This document shows positions 1-7,513 of a stretch of 64,000 nucleotides of DNA, one piece after another. Each line of letters starts with the position of its first letter. The stretch's first letter is position 1. Source of the DNA: an uncultured delta proteobacterium (lineage in GTDB: Bacteria; Myxococcota_A; UBA9160; SMWR01); NCBI GenBank assembly GCA_963832165.1, contig CAWHTE010000005.1, positions 192,001 to 256,000 on the forward strand. Direction: 5' to 3'. The notes below the pieces were generated by a model. It was given only the letters and a program-made list of their open reading frames with translations, was not told the DNA's origin and made no database searches. The position numbers were made by a program, and so were the translations under genes.

Positions 1-580
1 CGCCGAGCGCGTACAGCCCGCGCCAACCGAACGGCAGCCATTCGACGGTGCCGTACAGCAGCGCACCGAAGCCGTAGCCGATTGCGCCGACGCCGCCGAG
101 CATGCCGATCCCCCATCCGCGGTGATGGGCGGGGAACTCCTCGGAGACGACCACGAACGACGTGATCGCGGCCGCGACGATGCACGTGCGCGTGGCGATC
201 TGTGCGGCGATGAACTGCGCCGGCGATTGCGCGAGCGCGGTCGCGAACGAGCCCACGCTCATGCCCGCGATCGCGAGCAGCAGGATCCGGCGCCGGCCGA
301 TGCGATCGGCGAGCGGCAGCAGCAGGAACGCGGGCAATGCTCCGAATCGCGTCCATGCGGTGAACTCGCCCTGCATCGCCTTGTCGAGACCGAACGTCGC
401 AGCGATCTGCGGCAGCGCGTTGGCGAACATGCCGAGGTCGTAGTTCTCGAAGAACATCGCGAGCGTCACGAATCCGAGCACGCGCAGGTGCGCGGGCTCG
501 ACACCCTGCGGCACTCCGCCCAGAAACGGCGGGATCCACCACGGGTTCTGGCGCGGGGAGCGAAACCCCGATCCGCTCAT
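1..580 (-). CDS. MFS transporter (partial, runs off the window start)
   Basis: Manual translation from ATG at 580: MSGSGFRSPRQNPWWIPP...FFENYDLG...LADRIGRRRILL (MFS motif A); ATGA overlap with the upstream gene stop. Confidence 0.85.
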   Translation of the reverse strand, partial: MSGSGFRSPRQNPWWIPPFLGGVPQGVEPAHLRVLGFVTLAMFFENYDLGMFANALPQIAATFGLDKAMQGEFTAWTRFGALPAFLLLPLADRIGRRRILLLAIAGMSVGSFATALAQSPAQFIAAQIATRTCIVAAAITSFVVVSEEFPAHHRGWGIGMLGGVGAIGYGFGALLYGTVEWLPFGWRGLYALG

Positions 581-1989
581 CGCGTCGCTTCGGCTGCAGG
601 GGTGCTAGGCGCGCAGGGCTCATCCCAGATCGTGACATCGTCGACGCGATCGGAGCCGCCAGACGCCGGAGGCGCTTCCTTGAGGAGGTGGATCGTCACG
701 CTCTCGAGCTGTGCCCTGTCATTGCGTCGCGCATTCTCGCTGCGACACAGCCACACCGCGTACGCCTGCCGGACTGCCGGCCGCCGACGCCACAAGCCCC
801 GGTGATAGATGCGCCAGCGCCAGCCGAGATCGAGCTCGGACAGGCGCGTTGGGGTCGACCACGACGGCGCACCGCCCCAGAGCAGATCCTCTTCCGCGCC
901 GTCGGCACGCCGTCCGAGGACCACGAGCCAGCCGTCACCACGGCCCGGGTCCGCGAACATCCCCCACTTCTGAGTGAGCCCGCTGAGCTGGAGCGGTGCT
1001 CGCAGCGGCGCGGGAATCGACCGCTCGGGCAGCGTGCCCAGATTCGAGACGAGCACCAGGCCCAGGCACGCGAGCGCGAGCCATTGCCGTTTCCGGAGCA
1101 GGTCGGGCGCTCCACCGGCCCCAACACCGAGCCGATCCCAGAGGGTTCCCGGAATCAGCGCGCACCAGGCCACGATGCACACGAACGAGAAGAGCCCGAG
1201 ATCCAGCAGCAGGAGCAGCCCGAGGTGGAAGCCCCAGAAGCCGAGCACGAGCGCGGTGCGCAGCGGACCGACTCCGAGCGGCACGAACAGCAAGAGCGGC
1301 GCAATCGCCTCGAAATAGCGCACCGCGTGTGTGATCGCGGTGAGGAGCTCGGGGTAGCCCAGAGCGACTGCCGCAAGCGGTCTGGCGATCATCTCGTTCT
1401 GCAGCGCCACCGCCACCGCAGAGCCATCCGACCAGCTCGCTCCCGTCTTGAGCAGCGCGGAGAACGAGTAGATGCAGGCGAGCTGGAAGACGAATCCGAC
1501 GCTGCCGAATCCGAGGAAGCCCCGGGCCGGCGTGCCGCCGCGCCGGTCGATCGAAGCGCGCTCGGCCAGTGGCAGGAACAGCGACCAGAACAGCAGCAGG
1601 CACAGGACCGAGTCGCCCCAGTTCACCACGAGCGGGTTGCGGTGCTGAATCGAGAGCGTGAGGACCCAGGCCAGCGCGGTCGCCAGCCGTGTGCGGTAGC
1701 CCGCGACGAGACACACCCCGGCGAGCGCATGGATCACGAGCAGGCCGCCCGCGAATAGCGCGCTCCCATCGAGCAGGTGCAGCGAGAGAAGCCACCTTCC
1801 CCCGATGAACTCGCGCACGACGGCGCGCGGCACGGCGCCTGCGTCGCCATAGAGCGCGGTCGTGTCGCCCAGGCGCCCGCTTGCGTCGATCACGACGAGC
1901 AGCCCCAGCCCGACGCGGAACAGCGCCAGCGAGCGGCTGTCGAGCGCGAACAGCCGCTCCGGAATACCGCGCAGGAATGCCGGCATCAC
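577..1989 (-). CDS. HTTM-domain membrane protein
   Basis: 470 aa ORF; LDSRSLALFRVGLG, GYRTR, RNPLV, Q..CIY..SALLK, Q.WGMFA motifs typical of HTTM proteins. Confidence 0.8.
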   Translation of the reverse strand: MMPAFLRGIPERLFALDSRSLALFRVGLGLLVVIDASGRLGDTTALYGDAGAVPRAVVREFIGGRWLLSLHLLDGSALFAGGLLVIHALAGVCLVAGYRTRLATALAWVLTLSIQHRNPLVVNWGDSVLCLLLFWSLFLPLAERASIDRRGGTPARGFLGFGSVGFVFQLACIYSFSALLKTGASWSDGSAVAVALQNEMIARPLAAVALGYPELLTAITHAVRYFEAIAPLLLFVPLGVGPLRTALVLGFWGFHLGLLLLLDLGLFSFVCIVAWCALIPGTLWDRLGVGAGGAPDLLRKRQWLALACLGLVLVSNLGTLPERSIPAPLRAPLQLSGLTQKWGMFADPGRGDGWLVVLGRRADGAEEDLLWGGAPSWSTPTRLSELDLGWRWRIYHRGLWRRRPAVRQAYAVWLCRSENARRNDRAQLESVTIHLLKEAPPASGGSDRVDDVTIWDEPCAPSTPAAEATR

Positions 1990-2060
1990 GGCCCGATCGC
2001 GCCGCCGCAGGTTCTCATGTCGCGATCATGCGCGAACGGATCGCGGTTGCAACGGAGCAG

Positions 2061-2088
2061 TGGCGTCCCCAACGGGAGTCGAACCCGT
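2061..2088 (-). repeat. att site: duplicated 3' end of tRNA-Glu
   Basis: tggcgtccccaacgggagtcgaacccgt identical to 11531-11558. Confidence 0.95.
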
Positions 2089-2113
2089 TGGGTTTCTCCG
2101 CAACCGCTTGCAA

Positions 2114-2359
2114 TCACGACTCTTTCCTCCGCGCGAGGTTGTGACGGGTTTGTGACGGTCGCCGCGCTAGGTGGCGCACCAGCAGCGCTCGTAGAAAATC
2201 GCTCGGCGACTCGTCGCCCGTGGCGTCTTCCAACGCCCGCGCCTCATTGGCGGTCAGGTTCACCGTCACCCGTATCTTGCGCCGCTCGCCGGGAGGGAGA
2301 GGCTTCCGACCCGATCCGGGCCTCGGTCCTCCCCACTCGCCTTTGGTTTTGCGACGCAT
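2114..2359 (-). CDS. Small DNA-binding protein (GGxRxGxGRK segment plus ribbon-helix-helix-like region)
   Basis: WGGPRPGSGRKP followed by IRVTVNLTANEARALE...SDFLRALL. Confidence 0.6.
   Translation of the reverse strand: MRRKTKGEWGGPRPGSGRKPLPPGERRKIRVTVNLTANEARALEDATGDESPSDFLRALLVRHLARRPSQTRHNLARRKES
2139..2158. promoter_or_regulatory. Putative integrase arm-type binding sites (left end)
   Basis: ttgtgacgg twice with 11-bp period; same motif and period at 11474-11493. Confidence 0.7.
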
Positions 2360-2806
2360 CAAACCATCTTACGGGCTCACTGCTCTCGCCGCCACAGGCG
2401 CGGCTCGAACCACCGGGGCCACTGATTCGCCCACCACCCGTCGTGCGGCGAGCGCGTGTTCGGCGAGATCGTTCCGGGCGGTCGAGAGCGCGGCCGCTCC
2501 GTTCATGCGTCCAGCGTCGTCTCCCCGCTCTCGTCCCCGTCCTCGCCCGCAACGCCGGTTTCGCAGGTCGGGTAGCCGCGCAGCCGCTGTGCCTCCATCG
2601 CGATCCGTTTCGCCATGCCGTCACCACCGAGAGACTCGATGACAGCCCGAGAACAAGAACAACCACGTGCGCGCGTGCGGCAACGAAACACGGATCCTTG
2701 TTCTCGGGGTCTCCGGGTGCCGGAGGCAGCACCGGCATCCCATAGAGGACGCGGAACATCATCTCGTCGCCATCGATCCCAGACTCGCGGCGGTACTCGT
2801 CGGCGC

Positions 2807-3157
2807 TCACGATGTACTCGGCCACTGAGATCGCGCTCGGGTCCCTCCGTGCAGATCGACGTTCCACCAGAATGGCTGCGCGAAGCCCATCATCAGTGAA
2901 GTGAGCCACTCGGCCGCGGCATCGGGGATCAGGAACCGGCCCTTGCCGCGCCGCTGCGAATCCTCCGCCAGCTGACGGGCGCGCCACTGTGCAACCTCGT
3001 GCAGCCGAAAGAGGTAGTCGCTCCTTCCGTTTCTCCGCCGCTCGTGCGGACAGCCGCGGCGAACCCAGTTGTCAACCGTTACCAGGCTCACGCCGTACTC
3101 ACGCGCCAGGTCGGAGCGGTTGTAGGTCAACTCGCTCTCGTCTTCCGTCCCGCTCAT
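2807..3157 (-). CDS. Terminase small subunit-like (lambda Nu1-type winged HTH) protein; may extend to ~2503 through frameshifts
   Basis: YNRSDLAREYGVSLVTVDNWVRRGCP...YLFRLHEVAQW resembles the Nu1 N-terminal DNA-binding domain. Confidence 0.65.
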   Translation of the reverse strand: MSGTEDESELTYNRSDLAREYGVSLVTVDNWVRRGCPHERRRNGRSDYLFRLHEVAQWRARQLAEDSQRRGKGRFLIPDAAAEWLTSLMMGFAQPFWWNVDLHGGTRARSQWPSTS

Positions 3158-3194
3158 ATAAACAACCCCCTAGCGGCTGCAGTGCCTAGGCCGA

Positions 3195-3241
3195 TCGGGC
3201 GCGGTGCCCGACTCCGCAAGCAAGGACTCCAGGAAGGACCC
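3195..3241 (-). other. Candidate cos packaging site (cosQ-like GGGTCCT plus cosN-like dyad)
   Basis: Minus strand GGGTCCTTCC (3241-3232), then dyad TCGGGC-ACCGC-GCCCGA (3211-3195), just upstream of the Nu1-like gene. Confidence 0.55.
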
Positions 3242-3393
3242 GCGAAGTCTATGTGCTACGGAAAGCGTAGCACCTGGAGCGCTTCGCTCGGGGTCGCCGG
3301 TCCTTTTGGAATCCGGCCTCCGCGGGGCTGGAACTTTCCCACAGGCCGCTAAGGCGGAGGCCGGTCAGCTGCAGCGCCTTCCATAGTAGGCGA

Positions 3394-3399
3394 TGTCAA
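3394..3399 (-). promoter_or_regulatory. Outward-facing -35 (TTGACA) of the IS circle-junction promoter
   Basis: On circularisation TTGACA-17 bp-GATCAT is formed (GATCAT at 4913-4908). Confidence 0.7.
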
Positions 3400-3715
3400 G
3401 AGCATGGTACTCCGTTATTCGACCTAGCGGCGTCGAACGTCCAGGCATCATTCGATCGATCGGCACCGTACGGGTCCATCCGCCATCCTCCTCCGCGTTC
3501 TCCTCGGGCCGTGAAGCGTGCGGGCTTGCGAACCATGCTTCCATCGGGGCCTCGAAGGCCATCGCTTCATTCGGTCCTGCGAGGGGGCATATCCTTGTTA
3601 TTGGGCCTGCAACCGCAGTCGCGGCCACGCGTTGGCACGGATGCTTCCCCTCGACCCTGTGCCCCGGAGATCCAGATCTCGCTGTAGCAGACGATGCTCC
3701 GTCGATGCAGAGCGA
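3400..3715 (-). ncRNA. Putative bridge/seekRNA of the IS110 element (exact ends unknown)
   Basis: Two stem-enclosed internal loops with target-matching (CCAACGC, TAACAAGG) and donor-matching (ATGGAAG) segments. Confidence 0.65.
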
Positions 3716-4771
3716 TCAGTGGGTGACGAGATTGTGGATCTTCCCGGGGTCGTACTCCTCCTGTGTCTTCCACATGGCCAGCACGATCGCGGCGATCTGC
3801 CGCGCCACCGTGAGCTTGGCCAGGTTCGGCTTCGTGCCGTTCTCGAGCTGCCGGTCGTAGCCCTCGCGCAGCGGATTCGGTCCGCAGTGCGCGACGACGG
3901 TCGTGGCCGCGCCCTTGAAGATCGCTTTGAGCATCCGGTTGTGGTTGAAGTTCAAACCGCGCGTCTGCACGACCCGAGCCTTCACCCATCGGCCCTGGTC
4001 CTGCACCCAGTCGCTCGACGACCGCATCACGACCCCAAAGCCACAGTAGGCCCAAAACTGCCGCTTGGTGCGGAAGCGGTACGGGGTCACCACGATCGGC
4101 AGCATCTGCGCGACCCGGATCGGACCGAGCCCGGGCGCAGTCTCGAGGATCCGCGCGATCCGATGCCGATGCGACTCGCGCAGCATCGCCGCTTCCGCTT
4201 CGGCCTTGAGCGCTTCGAGCTGATCGAGCTCGCGTCCCAGGAGCTCGACGGCTTCCCGTGTCGCCGGCGGCAGCGCCTGCGCACGCTTCGCCCGTTCCTC
4301 GAGCTTGTACAGCGCGTCGCCCGCACACGGCAGGCCGCGAGACCGAAAGAAGCTCTTCAGTCGACTCTTCACCCGCGCCACGTCCCGGGTCACCATCGTG
4401 TACGTCCGAGCCCGATCGCGCAACGCCGTGAAGAGCTTCGCGTCCTTGTACACCGGCCGCTTGATCCCCCCGGTGCGCAGCTTCTCCGCGAGCCCATGCG
4501 CGTCGATCGCGTCGCTCTTCTGGCCCGGCTTCCACTCACCGCGGTACACGACGAGCTCGTCCACATGGGGCGAGAGGATCTCGTAGAGCCACTGGCTCCA
4601 CTCGCCTTCCTCGATGCACAAGTGCAGATTCCCCGCGAACGATTGGAGGTAGCCCACGAGCGCCTTCCCATTCGTCTCCACCACGTCGCGCCGGATCTGC
4701 TTCCCCGACGCATCCAACCCGCAGAACGTGACACTCGCGGCGTGCACGTCGGCTCCGAGATAGCGTTCCAT
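3716..4771 (-). CDS. IS110-family transposase/recombinase
   Basis: YLGADVH, CIEEG, KSDAIDA (DEDD RuvC-like domain); PGLGPI, YCG..V.RSS C-terminal domain; AGGAGG RBS before ATG 4771. Confidence 0.95.
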   Translation of the reverse strand: MERYLGADVHAASVTFCGLDASGKQIRRDVVETNGKALVGYLQSFAGNLHLCIEEGEWSQWLYEILSPHVDELVVYRGEWKPGQKSDAIDAHGLAEKLRTGGIKRPVYKDAKLFTALRDRARTYTMVTRDVARVKSRLKSFFRSRGLPCAGDALYKLEERAKRAQALPPATREAVELLGRELDQLEALKAEAEAAMLRESHRHRIARILETAPGLGPIRVAQMLPIVVTPYRFRTKRQFWAYCGFGVVMRSSSDWVQDQGRWVKARVVQTRGLNFNHNRMLKAIFKGAATTVVAHCGPNPLREGYDRQLENGTKPNLAKLTVARQIAAIVLAMWKTQEEYDPGKIHNLVTH

Positions 4772-4918
4772 TGCGGTCCTCCTTCGTTGGGCGTCCATGC
4801 CCAGGTCGTGTTTCAACCCGAAGCATGTCCCCAGCGGAGGAGACCGCCACCGCGCCTCGATGCTGCCTTCCCATGCAGCGCGCCTCGATCGAGGACGTGA
4901 CCTACTTATGATCCCTTG

Positions 4919-5455
4919 TTAGGCCGCGGCCAGCTCGCCAGCTCGGCCATGGGTAAGCAGCTCGCGGAAGCTCTCAGGAACGTGTGCAACCAGTTGCGAG
5001 CGAAGATGCCAGAGGCCGTTTCGCCCAACCTGGACATCCGCGGCCGCAAGGAAGAGAGTTTGTATGTGAACTGGCGGATCGCCAGAGACCGTGCAGATCG
5101 AAACGATTGTGGCGGTTGAGATAGAACGCGGAGTTGTGATAGGGGGGACATACTCGCGCGAGGCGACCATCGTTCTTGAGCGAGCCTGTCCGTCGCCGAT
5201 TTCGAATGCGACTTGGATGTCGCGACCGCCCGAGTCGTAGTGCCCGAGAAACAGCCGGACGGGATGCCCCCCGGGAGCACCACGCTCGGACTTGCACCAG
5301 GAAACCTTGCCAGCTCGGATGACGAAGGACACCGCAACGATCGGTTCGGATGCGGCCGCTGTACCGCGCCAGTCGCGAACCGCCGCTGGAAGCCAAGCGC
5401 CTGTGAGGGCGACGTCGAGCCGTCGACAGGCATCGGATTGGAACGCATCCAGCAT
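4919..5455 (-). CDS. Integron cassette 3, hypothetical protein
   Basis: 178 aa ORF fills the space between two attC sites; its stop TAA lies within the GCCTAAC inverse core. Confidence 0.7.
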   Translation of the reverse strand: MLDAFQSDACRRLDVALTGAWLPAAVRDWRGTAAASEPIVAVSFVIRAGKVSWCKSERGAPGGHPVRLFLGHYDSGGRDIQVAFEIGDGQARSRTMVASREYVPPITTPRSISTATIVSICTVSGDPPVHIQTLFLAAADVQVGRNGLWHLRSQLVAHVPESFRELLTHGRAGELAAA

Positions 5456-5470
5456 GATTCTCTTGCCGCG

Positions 5471-5595
5471 GCCTAACGGATCGGCGTTGAGCTGCCGGCC
5501 GCTGACCGATTCGCGACGGCTCTCAACGCTCGCCGCCAGAATGCTACCACCGTTCGGAAGGGCGCAGGACGGTCAGCTCCAACGCCTTGTTGGGC
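5471..5595 (-). other. attC site (125 bp)
   Basis: GCCCAAC...GTTAGGC; imperfect palindrome with AAGGCGTTGGAGCTGAC / GCAGCTCAACGCC arms. Confidence 0.9.
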
Positions 5596-5622
5596 AGCGC
5601 CTAGCGCATCTAGACAAGGACG

Positions 5623-6003
5623 CTACCGAAGCAGTGCATCAAGGTCGTCCCGCCAGGGATGCCGGTCCGGAGCTGCCCACTCCCCACTTGGCGGTGGAAA
5701 GTTCGAACGAGCGTAGGCGCACCTTGTAGAGAAGTCGACCACCGCGTAGAGGCGGTCGTTGATGAAAAGGCCGGCCTTCTGGCCGTCTGGAGACCAGACG
5801 ACGCGCACGATCGCCTCGTGGTGATTATCGGCAAACTGGGACGCCTTGTAGATCTGGACCGCGTCTAGGATTGAACCGCGTTCGCGATCGTGTGCGTAGA
5901 AGTAGCCCGATTCGCCGTCGTCTTCGAACACAACACTCACGGGCGAACTCGGTGAGTCGCTCGCGAACCACGCTTCTTTGCCTGGTGTGAGGTGCTCAAG
6001 CAT
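5623..6003 (-). CDS. Integron cassette 2, DUF2251-like protein
   Basis: VVFEDDGESGYFYA...ILDAVQIY...VWSPDGQKAGLFIN...AVVDF pattern. Confidence 0.75.
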   Translation of the reverse strand: MLEHLTPGKEAWFASDSPSSPVSVVFEDDGESGYFYAHDRERGSILDAVQIYKASQFADNHHEAIVRVVWSPDGQKAGLFINDRLYAVVDFSTRCAYARSNFPPPSGEWAAPDRHPWRDDLDALLR

Positions 6004-6011
6004 TCGGCGCT

Positions 6012-6171
6012 GCCCAACGGATCGGCGCTCAGCTGCGAGCGCGCTGACCGCGATGTTACAACACGGCGCCACGCCGCCAGACCGCAAGAGCCGCTGGCGA
6101 GGCGAAGCGAGCCCAAGCGGCGATGCCACGAGAATCCACTGGCGCTCGGCAGCTGCAGCGCCTTGTTGGGC
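6012..6171 (-). other. attC site (160 bp)
   Basis: GCCCAACAAGGCGCTGCAGCTGCC...GCAGCTGAGCGCCGATCCGTTGGGC. Confidence 0.9.
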
Positions 6172-6192
6172 GGCGTGCTGCCATTCAACAGC

Positions 6193-6822
6193 TCATCTCG
6201 CGAGCGATTGAACTCGCTGCAGCATCTCAACTCGATCTTTCGTGGTCGGGGGGACAAGCTTGCTGTCCGCTACGAATGCGGGTGCCCCGTGTCCAATAAC
6301 GAACCTCGTCCCGAATCTTACCCGCGGGTTGTACTCCAGTACTTCGACTTTGGTTCGGGTGGGACCATCATCCCGTAGATGGATGATGAAGTCGCAGTGA
6401 AATGGCAGAGGCTTTCCAGATGCCGTGTATTCGGAATACCACTCCATAGCACCATTAAGGAAGATATCGTGCTTTCTCGCCTCGGCCGAAAGGCGACGGT
6501 ATCGGTCCATCGCAGGGTCATCCTTACTGTTACGACTTGGAGGCGGCCAAGTATTCTCGTCTGTCGGAACGAAATTACCAAGTGAAAATGACCTGTATTC
6601 GAGGTGCGGGGTTACTAGCGACCTGCCGGGAAGGCGAACAGTAGCTCTGTCCACCAACTTCTCGCCTAGCGCACCATCGCGGATCTTCGCCGAGACGTCG
6701 GCAAGACTTAGCGGGACGACGCCCTCAACGAAATCTCTGGTTTCAGCGGCTTGCCGCTCAACCTCCCCCCCGCAGGAGAAAAGGAGCGGCAGAAGAGCGA
6801 TCAGTAGTTCCTTGCGCTCCAT
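6193..6822 (-). CDS. Integron cassette 1, putative lipoprotein
   Basis: MERKELLIALLPLLFSC signal peptide/lipobox; visibly lower GC than the flanking chromosome. Confidence 0.7.
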   Translation of the reverse strand: MERKELLIALLPLLFSCGGEVERQAAETRDFVEGVVPLSLADVSAKIRDGALGEKLVDRATVRLPGRSLVTPHLEYRSFSLGNFVPTDENTWPPPSRNSKDDPAMDRYRRLSAEARKHDIFLNGAMEWYSEYTASGKPLPFHCDFIIHLRDDGPTRTKVEVLEYNPRVRFGTRFVIGHGAPAFVADSKLVPPTTKDRVEMLQRVQSLAR

Positions 6823-6918
6823 ACGCAGCTTTCGCATCTGCGGCAAGCAGGCCGAGAACACTACGGAGGCAATCAATCCGAACCCTCGAGCGCAATTTGG
6901 TGGTGTTCCATTCACGCC

Positions 6919-6960
6919 GCCCAACTACTAATGGATTGCGCTCCCCCAACAGCAAACGCT
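6919..6960 (-). other. Candidate attI site (crossover G6925/T6924)
   Basis: GTTGGGCGGCGTG is complementary to the end of cassette 1, but is preceded by AATCCATTAGTA rather than an attC arm. Confidence 0.6.
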
Positions 6961-7403
6961 GCGAGAGCTTGCAGCCTATTGTACCGGCGGTTGTGGGGAG
7001 CGGTCGCAGAATCGCGGGGTTTGGGCGGGAGTCGAGTCCAATTAGGCTGCGAGATTTCGCAGGATAAGAGGGAGACGGGCGCGGGGGGCGGTCGCAGCTC
7101 TCGGTTCTCGCAGCCTATGTCGATGTTCGTTGCGGGCATCCGGCGTCGAAGCTCGCGACGGAGCACGTGAATCGCGTGACTGGAGCGGCGGCAAAGGCTG
7201 CGAGGCGATGGACGCATCCACGTGATCCGCAGCGGTGGACGAATCGTCCGGCGTGGGCAGCCGCGAGCGAAGCGGGGCGGCGAGACGCAGGATCGCAGGC
7301 GACCACTCGATCAGTGCAGGTCGCCCGGTTGCGTCGATCGCGAGCACGAACGGCGCGCAGCCACTTTCGAGGCGGAGCGGCCCCAGGATGCGGCCTCGAA
7401 TCC

Positions 7404-7500
7404 GGTGCGGCTGGTGCAGCCGGTGCTGCCTTCCACATCCTTTTCCCTGCGCGCGTGGGGGGGAGTTAGCGAGAGCTGCACCACCTGCACCGCGTGCACC
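7404..7500. repeat. Putative replication origin: inverted iteron triplets
   Basis: GGTGC x3 (7404, 7413, 7422) and TGCACC x3 (7477, 7486, 7495), both with 9-bp period, immediately downstream of the primase-helicase. Confidence 0.65.
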
Positions 7501-7513
7501 TTGGCCCTGGTAG

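Larger units (their letters stand above)
3381..4917 (-). mobile_element. IS110-family (IS1111-type) insertion sequence inserted in attC
   Basis: CCTT core at both junctions (3377-3380, 4914-4917); imperfect subterminal IRs CATAAGTAGG/CATAGTAGG; long non-coding region downstream of the transposase. Confidence 0.9.
3313..4924 (-). other. attC site of cassette 3, interrupted by the IS and truncated distally
   Basis: Removing the IS restores GCCTAACAAGGCGCTGCAGCTGACCGGCC, matching the other attC starts; 11-bp stem 3313-3323/3354-3364; no distal GTTRRRY found. Confidence 0.8.

Noticed and set aside
2061..2100. Second tRNA gene
   Set aside because: Only the 3' 28 nt are present; it is the att duplication
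5471..6171. CRISPR array
   Set aside because: The repeats are long imperfect palindromes separated by whole ORFs (attC sites); no cas genes
7042..7438. Small ORFs between the origin and attI
   Set aside because: No recognisable motif or RBS; cannot choose a frame
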